Part shown: positions 1-9,500 of the stretch, piece after piece | Layout: each line of letters begins with the position of its first letter | Position numbering within the stretch: the stretch's first letter is position 1 | The notes under the pieces: model-generated | What the model saw: only the letters and a program-made list of their open reading frames with translations | What the model was told of the DNA's origin: nothing | The model's database searches: none | Assembly (NCBI GenBank): GCA_038321985.1 | Contig: JBBQFN010000002.1 | Location: 1 to 64,000, forward strand | Length of the DNA stretch: 64,000 bases | DNA from: Cyanophyceae cyanobacterium | Lineage (GTDB): Bacteria; Cyanobacteriota; Cyanobacteriia; Cyanobacteriales; Laspinemataceae | Direction of reading: 5' to 3' | Translations under genes and position numbers: made by a program

Positions 1-122
1 AAAAACGTATGCAGGATCTCGCGGCCATGAACTTTGTCTTCCGCACCGCCAATCACCATTACAGTGCTTTTAAGTGTTTGGGGCATCTTCTGTTGTAGGG
101 ATTGAGTGTCTAACTGTAGCAT
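1..122 (-). CDS. cphB: Cyanophycinase, 5' part only (gene runs off the window's left edge)
   Basis: Not in ORF track. Manual minus-strand translation from ATG at 122 gives MLQLDTQSLQQKMPQTLKSTVMVIGGAEDKVHGREILHTF; IGGAEDK is the CphB N-terminal motif. Divergent from trmD. Confidence 0.85.
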   Translation of the reverse strand, partial: MLQLDTQSLQQKMPQTLKSTVMVIGGAEDKVHGREILHTF

Positions 123-613
123 GGGTGGTCTTGCTATTGGCCCTTATTTTTGTACGTTTCGATCCTTCCCCAAGCGCAGAGCTTTAGAGGGCATTTATAT
201 CCGTTTTTGCATCACCGGATGGGCAGTTTTGCGCCCAAGTGCGGACCCAGGGTCAGGGAGTTTAATTTTCTCACGTTTTTTACGCTCCCACGGTTTTTTT
301 TTGCCCTGCCTGGTGAATCCCAGGTCGGGTTTGCGATCGCCCCGGTCGCTTTCACTAAGGACTAAATGAGGGTTTCAGCTTACCCCAGCCGTGGGTTATG
401 GAGTCGATTATAGTGGCAAAAATTTAAACAAATATTTAGGATTAAAGCATTACCCCCGGATATTTTTCCTCAATAGTCTTGTGGATAACAGCAGGGTAAA
501 GCATTCGGACTAAGGCGATCGCATCTACCGATTTAAGGCGGGATTCCCAACCTAGGGTAGCTTGGATCGTCGGACCTATAATAAAAGATTGTGTCCGTTC
601 CCTTGTTGTCCCT

Positions 614-1348
614 GTGCGAATAGATATTATCACGTTATTTCCCGATTTTTTTACGACTCCGCTGCAATCTTCCCTCATAGGGAAAGCCCTTGCTAACCAA
701 ATCGCTGAGGTCAATCTGGTCAATCCGCGCGACTTCACTACAGATAAGCATCGTCGAGTCGATGACGAACCTTATGGCGGAGGAGTTGGAATGGTCATGA
801 AACCTGAACCTTTATTTGCAGCCGTCGAATCTTTGCCCATTCTGCAACGGCGAGAAGTGATTTTTCTAAGCCCCCAAGGGCAACCGATGAATCGAAACCT
901 TTTCTGGGAACTTGCCCAAACTATTGATCAACTTGTCTTGATTTGCGGACATTATGAAGGCATTGATGAACGGGTCATGAATCTCGTCTCGCGGGAAGTC
1001 TCCCTAGGAGATTTTGTCCTAACTGGGGGAGAAATTCCCGCCTTAGCGTTAGTTGATGGAGTAGTCCGCTTGCTACCCGGAACTGTGGGTAAACCTGAAT
1101 CCCTAGAAGCTGAGAGTTTTGAGGGCGGATTGCTGGACTATCCACATTACACCCGTCCCGCCCAATTTCGCGAGTGGAAAGTGCCGGAGGTGTTACTCTC
1201 AGGACATCACGGTAAAATTGAGGAGTGGCGCAGAACACAACAACTGGAACGTACCCGCGATCGCCGCCCGGACCTTCTTCAAAATCAAGATAATCTGTCA
1301 GCAAAAGATGACAATTCCGATGCGGATCAGTTATCAATAAATAAATAA
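614..1348 (+). CDS. trmD: tRNA (guanine37-N1)-methyltransferase
   Basis: MRIDIITLFP, VDDEPYGGGVGMVMK, LICGHYEGIDER, SLGDFVLTGGE, LLSGHH motifs. Confidence 0.97.
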   Translation: MRIDIITLFPDFFTTPLQSSLIGKALANQIAEVNLVNPRDFTTDKHRRVDDEPYGGGVGMVMKPEPLFAAVESLPILQRREVIFLSPQGQPMNRNLFWELAQTIDQLVLICGHYEGIDERVMNLVSREVSLGDFVLTGGEIPALALVDGVVRLLPGTVGKPESLEAESFEGGLLDYPHYTRPAQFREWKVPEVLLSGHHGKIEEWRRTQQLERTRDRRPDLLQNQDNLSAKDDNSDADQLSINK

Positions 1349-1364
1349 AGCTGGGTTTTCAGCC

Positions 1365-2690
1365 ATGCGAAAATTTAATCTCACCTTAACCACTCTCCTG
1401 TGCCTCTTGTTCTTTAATGAAGTCAAGATTAATCCCTCTATGCAGCCTATGGGAGAGTGGCTAGAGGTTCACTCCACTGCTGTTGCCCGCACCGGAGGAC
1501 GAAGCCGGGGGGGGTCTTTTAGTCGCCCCTCTCCATCGCGTTCTACCCCATCGCGTTCTGCCCCATCCCGTTCTACTCCTTCTCGCCCTAGTAGTCCTCC
1601 TCCCTCGCGATCGGCCCCGAGTTCCGGTGGATCTGGCCGTTCCAACACTCCCGCGCGCCCTAACAATTCCACTCCCACCGACTCCACTCCCAGCCGAGGC
1701 AATACCGGAGGACGAGCACGGGGGGGTTCATTCGATGCTCAACCTACTCCCGCCCCCACTCCCGCACTCCAACGCCCTGCCCCCTCAAGAGGCGGCACAG
1801 TGGTAGTCCCCGTGCCAGTTCCAGTACCGCAACCGTACTATCCAAGTCCCCAATACAGCGATCGCCCTTATCAAGATTCAGCCGGAACCGGACTCAAACC
1901 CGCCCCAGTAGTACCGCCAACCTATATCCCCAGTCCCACGGCACCAGCAACCACCCAACCCCTGCCTCAGTCTCCCCAATCCGGCTATGCGGGGACCCAA
2001 GCCACTCGGAATAATCGCTTTCCGGGAAAATTTTTACTGTTTTTACTCATAACTGGAGGGGCGATCGGTGCACTCTGGTGGGTTCGATCTAAACGCGCCG
2101 CTACCCCAATCTCAGAACTCGGAAATGATATCGTAACCCTAACAAAATTGCAGGTTGCCCTATTAGCCTCAGCCCGAGAAATTCAATCTCATCTAACCAA
2201 TTTAAGCCTGAGTGCCGAACTCGATACACCCGAAGGATTAACCGAATTCTTACAAGAATCGGCCTTATCATTACTGCGTCATCCTGAATATTGGACGCAC
2301 GTCCAAACCAGTTCGCAAACCGTGAACAGTCGCGAAGAAGCGGGACGAGTTTTTGAACAATTATCTATTCAAGAACGCAGTAAATTTAGTGCAGAAACTT
2401 TTAGTAACGTTGGGGGTAAAATCCGCCAAAATCAATCCCGTCCCACCCCCGAAGGAGACCCGGCGTCTTATCTTGTGGTTACCCTGATCCTGGGAACCGA
2501 AGATGATAAACCCTTACTCGGCCCCATCCATTCTGCCGAAGAACTGCGATCGGCCCTCCAACAAGTGGCAGCCATCACACCCGATTATCTCCTCGTGTTT
2601 GAGTTACTCTGGAGTCCCCAGGAATCAACTGATACTTTGAGCTATGATGACTTACTAACTCAGTATAGTGACATGGTGCAAATTGCCTAA
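1365..2690 (+). CDS. DUF1517 (FLAP1-like) membrane protein with signal peptide and Pro/Ser/Gly-rich region
   Basis: Signal-like N-terminus, TGGRxRGGSF motif twice, one TM, then KLQVALL...QERSKFSAETFSNV...ELLWSPQ domain. Confidence 0.85.
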   Translation: MRKFNLTLTTLLCLLFFNEVKINPSMQPMGEWLEVHSTAVARTGGRSRGGSFSRPSPSRSTPSRSAPSRSTPSRPSSPPPSRSAPSSGGSGRSNTPARPNNSTPTDSTPSRGNTGGRARGGSFDAQPTPAPTPALQRPAPSRGGTVVVPVPVPVPQPYYPSPQYSDRPYQDSAGTGLKPAPVVPPTYIPSPTAPATTQPLPQSPQSGYAGTQATRNNRFPGKFLLFLLITGGAIGALWWVRSKRAATPISELGNDIVTLTKLQVALLASAREIQSHLTNLSLSAELDTPEGLTEFLQESALSLLRHPEYWTHVQTSSQTVNSREEAGRVFEQLSIQERSKFSAETFSNVGGKIRQNQSRPTPEGDPASYLVVTLILGTEDDKPLLGPIHSAEELRSALQQVAAITPDYLLVFELLWSPQESTDTLSYDDLLTQYSDMVQIA

Positions 2691-2700
2691 ACAAGAAGGG

Positions 2701-2937
2701 GGGTCAGACCGATAATTCCTGCCACAAAACGATAAATTTGTAATCTGACCCACCCTCCCCCTACAAAAATCTATTCCCTTAGTAGGGTGCGTCAGACTGT
2801 AAGTTATGCAACCTAGCCCTAAACTTACAATCTGACGCACCGTCCACTGAGGCAGCGTATTATTTGATACAATTGAAGCAGAAAGCTAGGTCAGATTACA
2901 AATTCATACTAAAAAACCCTGAATTTGTAATCTGACC
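2701..2937. repeat. Cluster of three related palindromic (REP-like) hairpins
   Basis: gggtcaga/tctgaccc (2701-2751); GTAG-led ggtgcgtcagactgtaagtt/aacttacaatctgacgcacc (2782-2841); perfect 18-bp ggtcagattacaaattca/tgaatttgtaatctgacc (2889-2937). Confidence 0.75.
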
Positions 2938-2965
2938 CACAGTCCACCACATAGGATAAATATAA

Positions 2966-3559
2966 ATGGTAAATGCAGAATTAGACAACGATATCGTCAC
3001 CGTGAGCAAACTTCAAGTTGCTCTAAACGCCGGGGTAACCTCAATTCAATCTCAACTGTCTGAGTTGAGTCTGAAAGCCGACACCAAAACAACTGTCGGA
3101 TTATATGAGTTATTACAGTTTACCATAGAACGGTTACTAGAAAATGCCATTCATTGGACTCATATTGTAGGCAGTTCGGAAACCTTGGAGAGTCGGGAAG
3201 CAGCCGAAGCGTTATTTGAAAAGGTATCCCTTCAGGAACGGGGTAAATTTAGCGCAGAAACACTCAGTAATGTAGAGGGAACCATTACCCAAACCGATAA
3301 ACCTGCATTCATCCAGGACGGAGGAGAAGCAGCGTATGTGGTTATCACTTTGTTGGTGGGAACCGCAGACGATCGCCCGTTGTTTGGGCCGATTGATACC
3401 ATTAGTGGGATGAAAACCGCCCTTAGTCAATTGCGATCGTTCTCATCGGAGTTTCTGTTAGTCTTAGAACTCCTCTGGAGTCCACAAGTACCAACCGATA
3501 CTTTATCGGCAGAGGATATGGTAACCTACTATGGGGATATGAAGTCGCTCACATTCTAA
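2966..3559 (+). CDS. DUF1517 domain-only paralogue
   Basis: Aligns to C-terminal domain of the upstream gene (NDIVTVSKLQVAL, QERGKFSAETLSNV, GTADDRPLFGPI, ELLWSPQ). Confidence 0.85.
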   Translation: MVNAELDNDIVTVSKLQVALNAGVTSIQSQLSELSLKADTKTTVGLYELLQFTIERLLENAIHWTHIVGSSETLESREAAEALFEKVSLQERGKFSAETLSNVEGTITQTDKPAFIQDGGEAAYVVITLLVGTADDRPLFGPIDTISGMKTALSQLRSFSSEFLLVLELLWSPQVPTDTLSAEDMVTYYGDMKSLTF

Positions 3560-3635
3560 TCCAAGGCAAGAGGGGCGATCGCAAGGCATTATATAAGTAT
3601 AAGAAAAACAGAGGGGAAGCCGGGTAAAATCGCCC

Positions 3636-5126
3636 CTACTGTTTCCCCCTAGAGTGCCTTTCCCTAACATCCCGGAAGGGGAATCGCCCCTTTTTAATCC
3701 CCTGTTTTGCCCAATACCAGGCCCCAACAGAACAGGCAACACTGAATAACAAAGCAATCAAAAATGCCAGCAACGGCAAAGGGAAAGAGGGTTCAACTTT
3801 TTCCCCTTTCCACTCCCAAGGTTGAAACATTAACCCCGAAGTTGACGCGACAATTGCCCCCGCAGCAATCCCCACACCCACCGATTGAATCTGGTCTTGC
3901 AAGTCTTGATTTGCTTGCTGCTGATTGTTATTCATCTTAGCTTGTTCCACCTCCACAATGCCGCGCGTAGTGGCAATACAGTGACCGAAGAGGGCGTTTC
4001 CTGGCCTTAAATAATTTAGATCCGTATGGATTTGCCCTAGGAATTTCGACCGGCATTCATAGCTAAAATCGTGTAAAAAACTTAAGTCCTGTTTTCCGGT
4101 AATATTCGTTAATTCTTCCAATTTTGTGGTATAATTGTTTAAATTCGTAATTATCGTGGTGCGCTGGTCTTCAATATCGCGGATATGTCTAGCATAAGTC
4201 AAGGCTTGGGGGTTAATTTTCAAGAGAGAGTCCTGCAAAGCCGTTAATTTTTCCGCCATATCTTCCGGCAAGGTTTGTAACGCCTTCATCAAGATTTCTA
4301 ACTCGGTATAAAGTTGACGACAATCTCGATAGTGAGTGCGGGCTTGGTGATAGCTGAAACGGATTTTACTGCCATAACAAAGCAAATCCACCAGGGGGCG
4401 ATAGTATTTTCCAGATGCTTCGAGTTTGGCGGTATCGGAATGACAGTCTAACCAGATGAGAATATGACAAGATTGGGCCGGATTTTCCGCATCATTGTTA
4501 TACTCAAAAATTGGACTTCCTAACAGTTTGCCCTCGGCACAATAGGCGGACTGAAACAAGGTTTTAGCTTGAGTGAGTAAGGCTTGTACACAGCGATCGG
4601 CTAACGCCCGCAAAGTAGCAGGGGAGAGGGATTCTTCAGGGATGACAGGTTTTGCGAACAGGACCAACGTTTGACCAATGGAAGCGGAAATGCGATCGGG
4701 CAGCAGCATTCCCTCCGGGTTGAGGTGAGTGAGTTCGGCAACAGGAACACTTCCCGGATAGCGAAACGTGAGGTCAGCCACATAAGTATCATGAAGTTGG
4801 ACCGCGTAGAGTTCCCCATTGCGCCGAGGAGTATCCGAGTTCGCTTCTCCTGGGGGAAAGTCGAAGCTCAAACAGCGACCAATTTCCTCCGAAAGCAGTT
4901 CTCGAACTGGGACCGTTGCCTGATGTTCCGGGATATTTAACCATTGACGACAGGTATTGAGGGCTGGGATCTCCAAAGACTTTCCCAGTTCTTCAAACCG
5001 CTGCCAGAGGACATCAGCATCTTCCACCCGTTCCCCTTCCGCCAATGCCATATCGTGACAGAGGTGGAAAGCATATAAGGTGAGTTTGGGACAGTGGAGC
5101 AATTCTCCCGACAATTGTTCGCTCAT
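3636..5126 (-). CDS. Hypothetical protein with globular N-terminus, long coiled-coil and two C-terminal TM helices; candidate effector of the TPR-CHAT module
   Basis: Long ORF; likely ATG at 5126 (MSEQLSG) after AGGA; hydrophobic segments IQSVGVGIAAGAIVASTSGLMF and LPLLAFLIALLFSVACSVGAWYWA. Confidence 0.75.
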   Translation of the reverse strand: MSEQLSGELLHCPKLTLYAFHLCHDMALAEGERVEDADVLWQRFEELGKSLEIPALNTCRQWLNIPEHQATVPVRELLSEEIGRCLSFDFPPGEANSDTPRRNGELYAVQLHDTYVADLTFRYPGSVPVAELTHLNPEGMLLPDRISASIGQTLVLFAKPVIPEESLSPATLRALADRCVQALLTQAKTLFQSAYCAEGKLLGSPIFEYNNDAENPAQSCHILIWLDCHSDTAKLEASGKYYRPLVDLLCYGSKIRFSYHQARTHYRDCRQLYTELEILMKALQTLPEDMAEKLTALQDSLLKINPQALTYARHIRDIEDQRTTIITNLNNYTTKLEELTNITGKQDLSFLHDFSYECRSKFLGQIHTDLNYLRPGNALFGHCIATTRGIVEVEQAKMNNNQQQANQDLQDQIQSVGVGIAAGAIVASTSGLMFQPWEWKGEKVEPSFPLPLLAFLIALLFSVACSVGAWYWAKQGIKKGRFPFRDVRERHSRGKQ

Positions 5127-5272
5127 AGGGGTTCCTGGGGCAGCAAATCGATACAAATGATAGCATTTTCCCAGGCGTTCTGGGAAAATTTGAAATCAGG
5201 AGGGGGAGTCAACCCCCGGGAGTTTTCTGGTCCTCAGAAAGAGCATACCCAGACACTACATTTATACAAACC

Positions 5273-6103
5273 ATGTGTTATGACAACCTGTTAAAATATT
5301 GGCCAGAAAAATATGCTCAACAGATGGCATCCTGGGCCTTCAGACAATCCATTACCACCCCGGTTGAAGTCTTAAAAACTGAACTTTCCGTCGAACCGAT
5401 TCGGGCAGATTCAGTTATTTTCCTAAAAAGCGGCCCCGAAATTCAGCATTTAGAATTTCAGACAAGGGTTCCGCAAAATAGGCCGATGCCGATCCGGATG
5501 TGCAGCTATTCCATCCGGTTACAGTGGCAATATGAACTGCCCGTGAGGCAAGTCTTGATTTGGCTGGTTCCTACCAGTAACTCGGCGGTATTCGAGACCG
5601 AATTTCGGACCGAATTCACCCACCACCGATATCAGGTGATTCGGTTATGGGAAGAATCCCCAGAAGCGTTACTAGAGAATAATGTCTTACTGCCCCTGGC
5701 GGTGTTATGCGCCACAGAGAACCCCACGGAACTCTTGAGTCAAGTGGCTCAAGAAGTGAATAAAATAGAGGATACAGACCTGCGACAGGAAATTGCAGCC
5801 TGCACTCAGATTTTAGCGGGGTTGCGGTTTGACAAACAGTTAATATCCACCATGTTTAGGGAAGAAGTTATGCAAGAATCTGTAGTCTATCAAGATATTC
5901 TGCAAAAGGGAATCGCCCAAGGCAAAAAACAGGGTGAAGTAGCGGTAATTTTGCGCCTGCTTCATCGCTTTTGTGGGCCGCTAAATCCGGAGATTGAGTC
6001 CCGAATTCAGGGACTGGGTAAGCCGCAATTGGAAGAGTTGAGTGAAGCCTTATTAGACTTTACCAACTTGGCAGATTTACAGCAGTGGCTAGACTCTCAT
6101 TAA
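5273..6103 (+). CDS. Rpn-family (PD-(D/E)xK-like) / DUF4351 domain protein
   Basis: YDNLLKY start, TELSVEPIRADSVIFL, HLEFQT, MQESVVYQDILQKG, C-terminal QLEELSEALLDF..DLQQWL (DUF4351-type). Confidence 0.8.
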   Translation: MCYDNLLKYWPEKYAQQMASWAFRQSITTPVEVLKTELSVEPIRADSVIFLKSGPEIQHLEFQTRVPQNRPMPIRMCSYSIRLQWQYELPVRQVLIWLVPTSNSAVFETEFRTEFTHHRYQVIRLWEESPEALLENNVLLPLAVLCATENPTELLSQVAQEVNKIEDTDLRQEIAACTQILAGLRFDKQLISTMFREEVMQESVVYQDILQKGIAQGKKQGEVAVILRLLHRFCGPLNPEIESRIQGLGKPQLEELSEALLDFTNLADLQQWLDSH

Positions 6104-6170
6104 AGCTGAATTGGGGCAGTAGAAAAATTGCCCCAAATCGCTGGGAGAAAACAGGAGCATTTTTGTTTAC

Positions 6171-6497
6171 TCATGGGGTTTGCTTAGGCGGCGACTGAAT
6201 GCGCCGGATGGCATTCTCTAAGATATCTCGGTAATCTTTGGGGTCCGGTCGCGGGGGTGCGATGCCGGTATGTCCCGGGACCCGATCGCCCTCCTTTCGT
6301 TCAGACATGGCATCCATTGCGTCGCGAATCGTCGGGCGAGAGTTACACCAAGAGGCGATCGCATTGGATATTCCCTTGGTATCCGGCGGCAAACCTGTCC
6401 GCAGTTGTTCCAGTTCCTCTTGGCAATCTGCAAATAAAGGCCATTGGGTCTCTACCAAAGTGATAAAATTTTGGATGTATTGGTCTCGTGATGACAT
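6171..6497 (-). CDS. Small (~108 aa) hypothetical protein coupled to the CHAT protease gene
   Basis: ATG at 6497 preceded by tAGGAGcaaaatc, where the RBS overlaps the TAG stop of the upstream CHAT gene. Confidence 0.75.
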   Translation of the reverse strand: MSSRDQYIQNFITLVETQWPLFADCQEELEQLRTGLPPDTKGISNAIASWCNSRPTIRDAMDAMSERKEGDRVPGHTGIAPPRPDPKDYRDILENAIRRIQSPPKQTP

Positions 6498-6507
6498 GAT
6501 TTTGCTC

Positions 6508-9500
6508 CTAAACTCCGATCGCACAGAACCCCGCCCAGTAGTAAGGCGAAGCAAAAGGTTTTGACCTTAAATCCATTTTACTCAGCCGACACCGCAATTC
6601 GTCTTGAGAGAAAGAATCTAATATTGCTAATATTGGCTCACTCCACACCTGCAACCCCTCCACAGTCACATCCCGCAGCCAGATTTGAGCCTGTTTCAAA
6701 GCCAGGGGAACCGTTTCACCATTTTTGACATTTTGGTAAAAGCGAATCATCAGCAAAGCCGTAGACAGGTCATTCACCGCCCACAGAGAACAGACGACAT
6801 TCGGAGCACCCGCCAAAATAAACCCACTGGGTAACCCGATATATTCATCACTGGTGGAGTTAAAGTCAGTAATCCCAGTTTCGCAGGCAGAAAGGGTAAC
6901 GAGACGACAATTGCTCAGGTCAAGACGCAAGATATCCTCTATTGTGAGGCACTTGCCCAAGTCGAGGAGATTGCCATTTTGTAGGGGAATATAGCGGCTT
7001 TGGTCCTCACTGGGTGGCGGTGGAGTAAATTCGCTCTTAGCTAACAGGAGGGCAGATTTCAGGGCATCTTCAAAATTGAAATAGCCGTGACAGGAGAAGT
7101 GAGTGCAGTGGGCATTTTTCAAGTTATCCCCATCAAGAATCGCTGCCTTTTCCGCTGCGTCATATTGGAGGATATGGTGTGGGTTGAACAGGGATTGAAT
7201 CGCGGCGACTTCGATATCTGTAAAATCCAGGTCTTTGGTAGGGTTTTGGATAGCAAAGAGTTGGTTAAACTGTGGGCGTGGGCGATTTTGCGCTTGTTTC
7301 AACACCTGACAGTTAGGCGCGTAGGCGACACCTTTGGGAAATAATTCCTGTAAGGGGATTGGGCGCAAGCATTGCGCCCCTACGGGGTCATGTAGGGGCG
7401 CAATGCTTGCGCCCTGGTTGTTGCTGTAATGGACAGGTAAAGCGTGGAGGGGGAACAGGTGCAGAAAACGGTGAGGGATGAGGATAAGTTTTTTGCAGTT
7501 GGGGAATTTTTCCCACAGGTTTTGTAGGATTTCATCCAGGTGGAGGATTTGGGCGAGGGTTTTTAGGCGTTGGGGGAGTTCATGTTGCCATTGGGTCTTG
7601 TTGTTGCGGTAGTCGTGGAGATAGGCATCAGTCCAGTGGATGAGGTTTTGGCGGTCTTTCTCGGAAGACTGCCAAAGGTTGAGGGTTTCGTTGGTGAGGG
7701 TAAACGTAAGGAATTTATCGCCCAGAATATACCATTCCAAAATAGCGGTTTCATCATTAAGTAGAGATTGGATCTCTGCGAATTTCAAAGGTTTGTAGGG
7801 ATATTTTGCCTGAAATTCGTCCCGCAGTTGACTGATGTGGGTATAGTCCGGGTTAGGGTCTTGTTTGAGGCGGAGGTCTTCTTCAGAAATAGCTTGACGA
7901 ATCTGTTGCAACCGTTGGCGGACTTTTGCTGGAATTTCTCCGCCTGGGTATGCGTCATGGGTGACGATGAGTTCTGTTAGGTTGCGGGCTTTGCTGCGAT
8001 CGGCATATTCAATGGCGGCAGTGTGGTTGCCCAATTCTAGGCACACTTCTACCATACCGCGATAAACTCGGTTCCATTGCTCATTAAAGTTGCGTTTATA
8101 CCTCTCACTATCGGCTCCAATTTCACCCCGGAGATATTCCACCTGTTCTAGAGCCTTTTGAAAGCTACGGTAGGCATTTTCTAAGGCTTTTTGTTTTTGG
8201 GAGGTACTGTTCCCACTCAGGCGAAATTGAGCTTGGTAGGCAAAACCCAAGTTATTCAGGGTAGTTGCTAAGTCGCGGGCTAACCCCAACTGCTGACTAA
8301 TTGCTACCGCTTCATTGTAAGCGGAGATCGCCCGATCTAGATTCGCCGCTGGGTTGATGCCCATCTTGACCTGGGTGCGGTGGGCAACCCCTAGGTTATT
8401 CAGGGTATCGGAGAAGTCTTTGCCTAACCCCAACTGCTGACTAATTGCTGCCGCTTCATTGTAAGCGGAGATCGCCCGCTCCAGATTCGTCGATGGATCC
8501 ATCTCCATCTGGGCTTGCGCGAGGCGGGCATTCCCTAGGTTATACAGGGTAGTGGAGAGGTGTTTGTTTAACCCCAACTCCCGCCTAATTGCTGCCGCTT
8601 CATTGTAAGCGGAGATCGCCCGCTCCAGATTCGCCGCCGGGTTGATACCCATCTCGGCTTGGATGATGCGGGCATTCCCTAGGTTATTCAGGATAACAGT
8701 AGCCCAGAGGTCTTTTTCTAACCCCAGCCCCTGGATAATGGCTGCGGCTTCATCGTAGGCGGAGATCGCTTGATCCAGATTCGCCGCCGAGTTGATGCCC
8801 ATCTCAGCTTGAATGCTGCGGGCAATTCCTAGGTTATTTAGGGTATCGGCGAGGTCTGTTTCCAGTCCGGGACGACGGCGAATGTCGGCGGCTTCGGTGT
8901 AAGTGGCGATAGCTTCCCTTAAGTTGGCGGCTGGGTTAATGCCAAATTCTGCTTGAGTCCGGTAAGCATTCCCCAAATTAGTCAGGGTTTGCGCCCGTTT
9001 TTCAGGGTTATCGGCCCCCAGTTCTAACACCACCTCATAGCCGCGAATTGCAATCTCTAACGCTTCAGTATACCGCCCATAGGGAAATTGCCGAATACTG
9101 GTGCAGGTATTTTCTACTAAGCCTGCCACTTCTTCGGCTTGGCCGGGATGCTGAGCCAGAAATCCCCGTAACCACTGGGCAATGGTATCTCCCAAGGCCG
9201 GAACAATCAACCCCATATTTTGCCGCATCACTTGATGCACTACTGCTGCACTGCCCTCCATTTCTGCTTGCAGTAGTTGCTGCCAAAATTCCTGTAATAG
9301 CCCTTGCTGATTTCCTCCAGCCCCTTGGCTTGCCAAAAACGCCCCTAACTGTTGCGCTAAATCCCGCAGAAAAGCTGCCTGATTCTGTTGTCCCTCCTCC
9401 GGCAACTGTGCCGCCACCTGCTCACACATCTGGACAAATCCCTCATCCAGCAACTCCATCGACTGGTTAAGGATTTGTAGTTCCTCCCCACCCGGACAGG

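Noticed and set aside
106..369. Short + strand ORFs upstream of trmD
   Set aside because: They overlap the cphB start and the divergent promoter region and have no protein-like motifs
5273..6103. Rpn gene as a canonical IS transposase
   Set aside because: No DDE/HUH motifs or terminal inverted repeats; Rpn 'transposase' labels are not evidence of IS activity
8260..8990. Regularly spaced repeats as a CRISPR array or DGR template/variable pair
   Set aside because: They are in-frame 144-bp coding repeats without unique spacers, and no cas or reverse transcriptase gene is in the window
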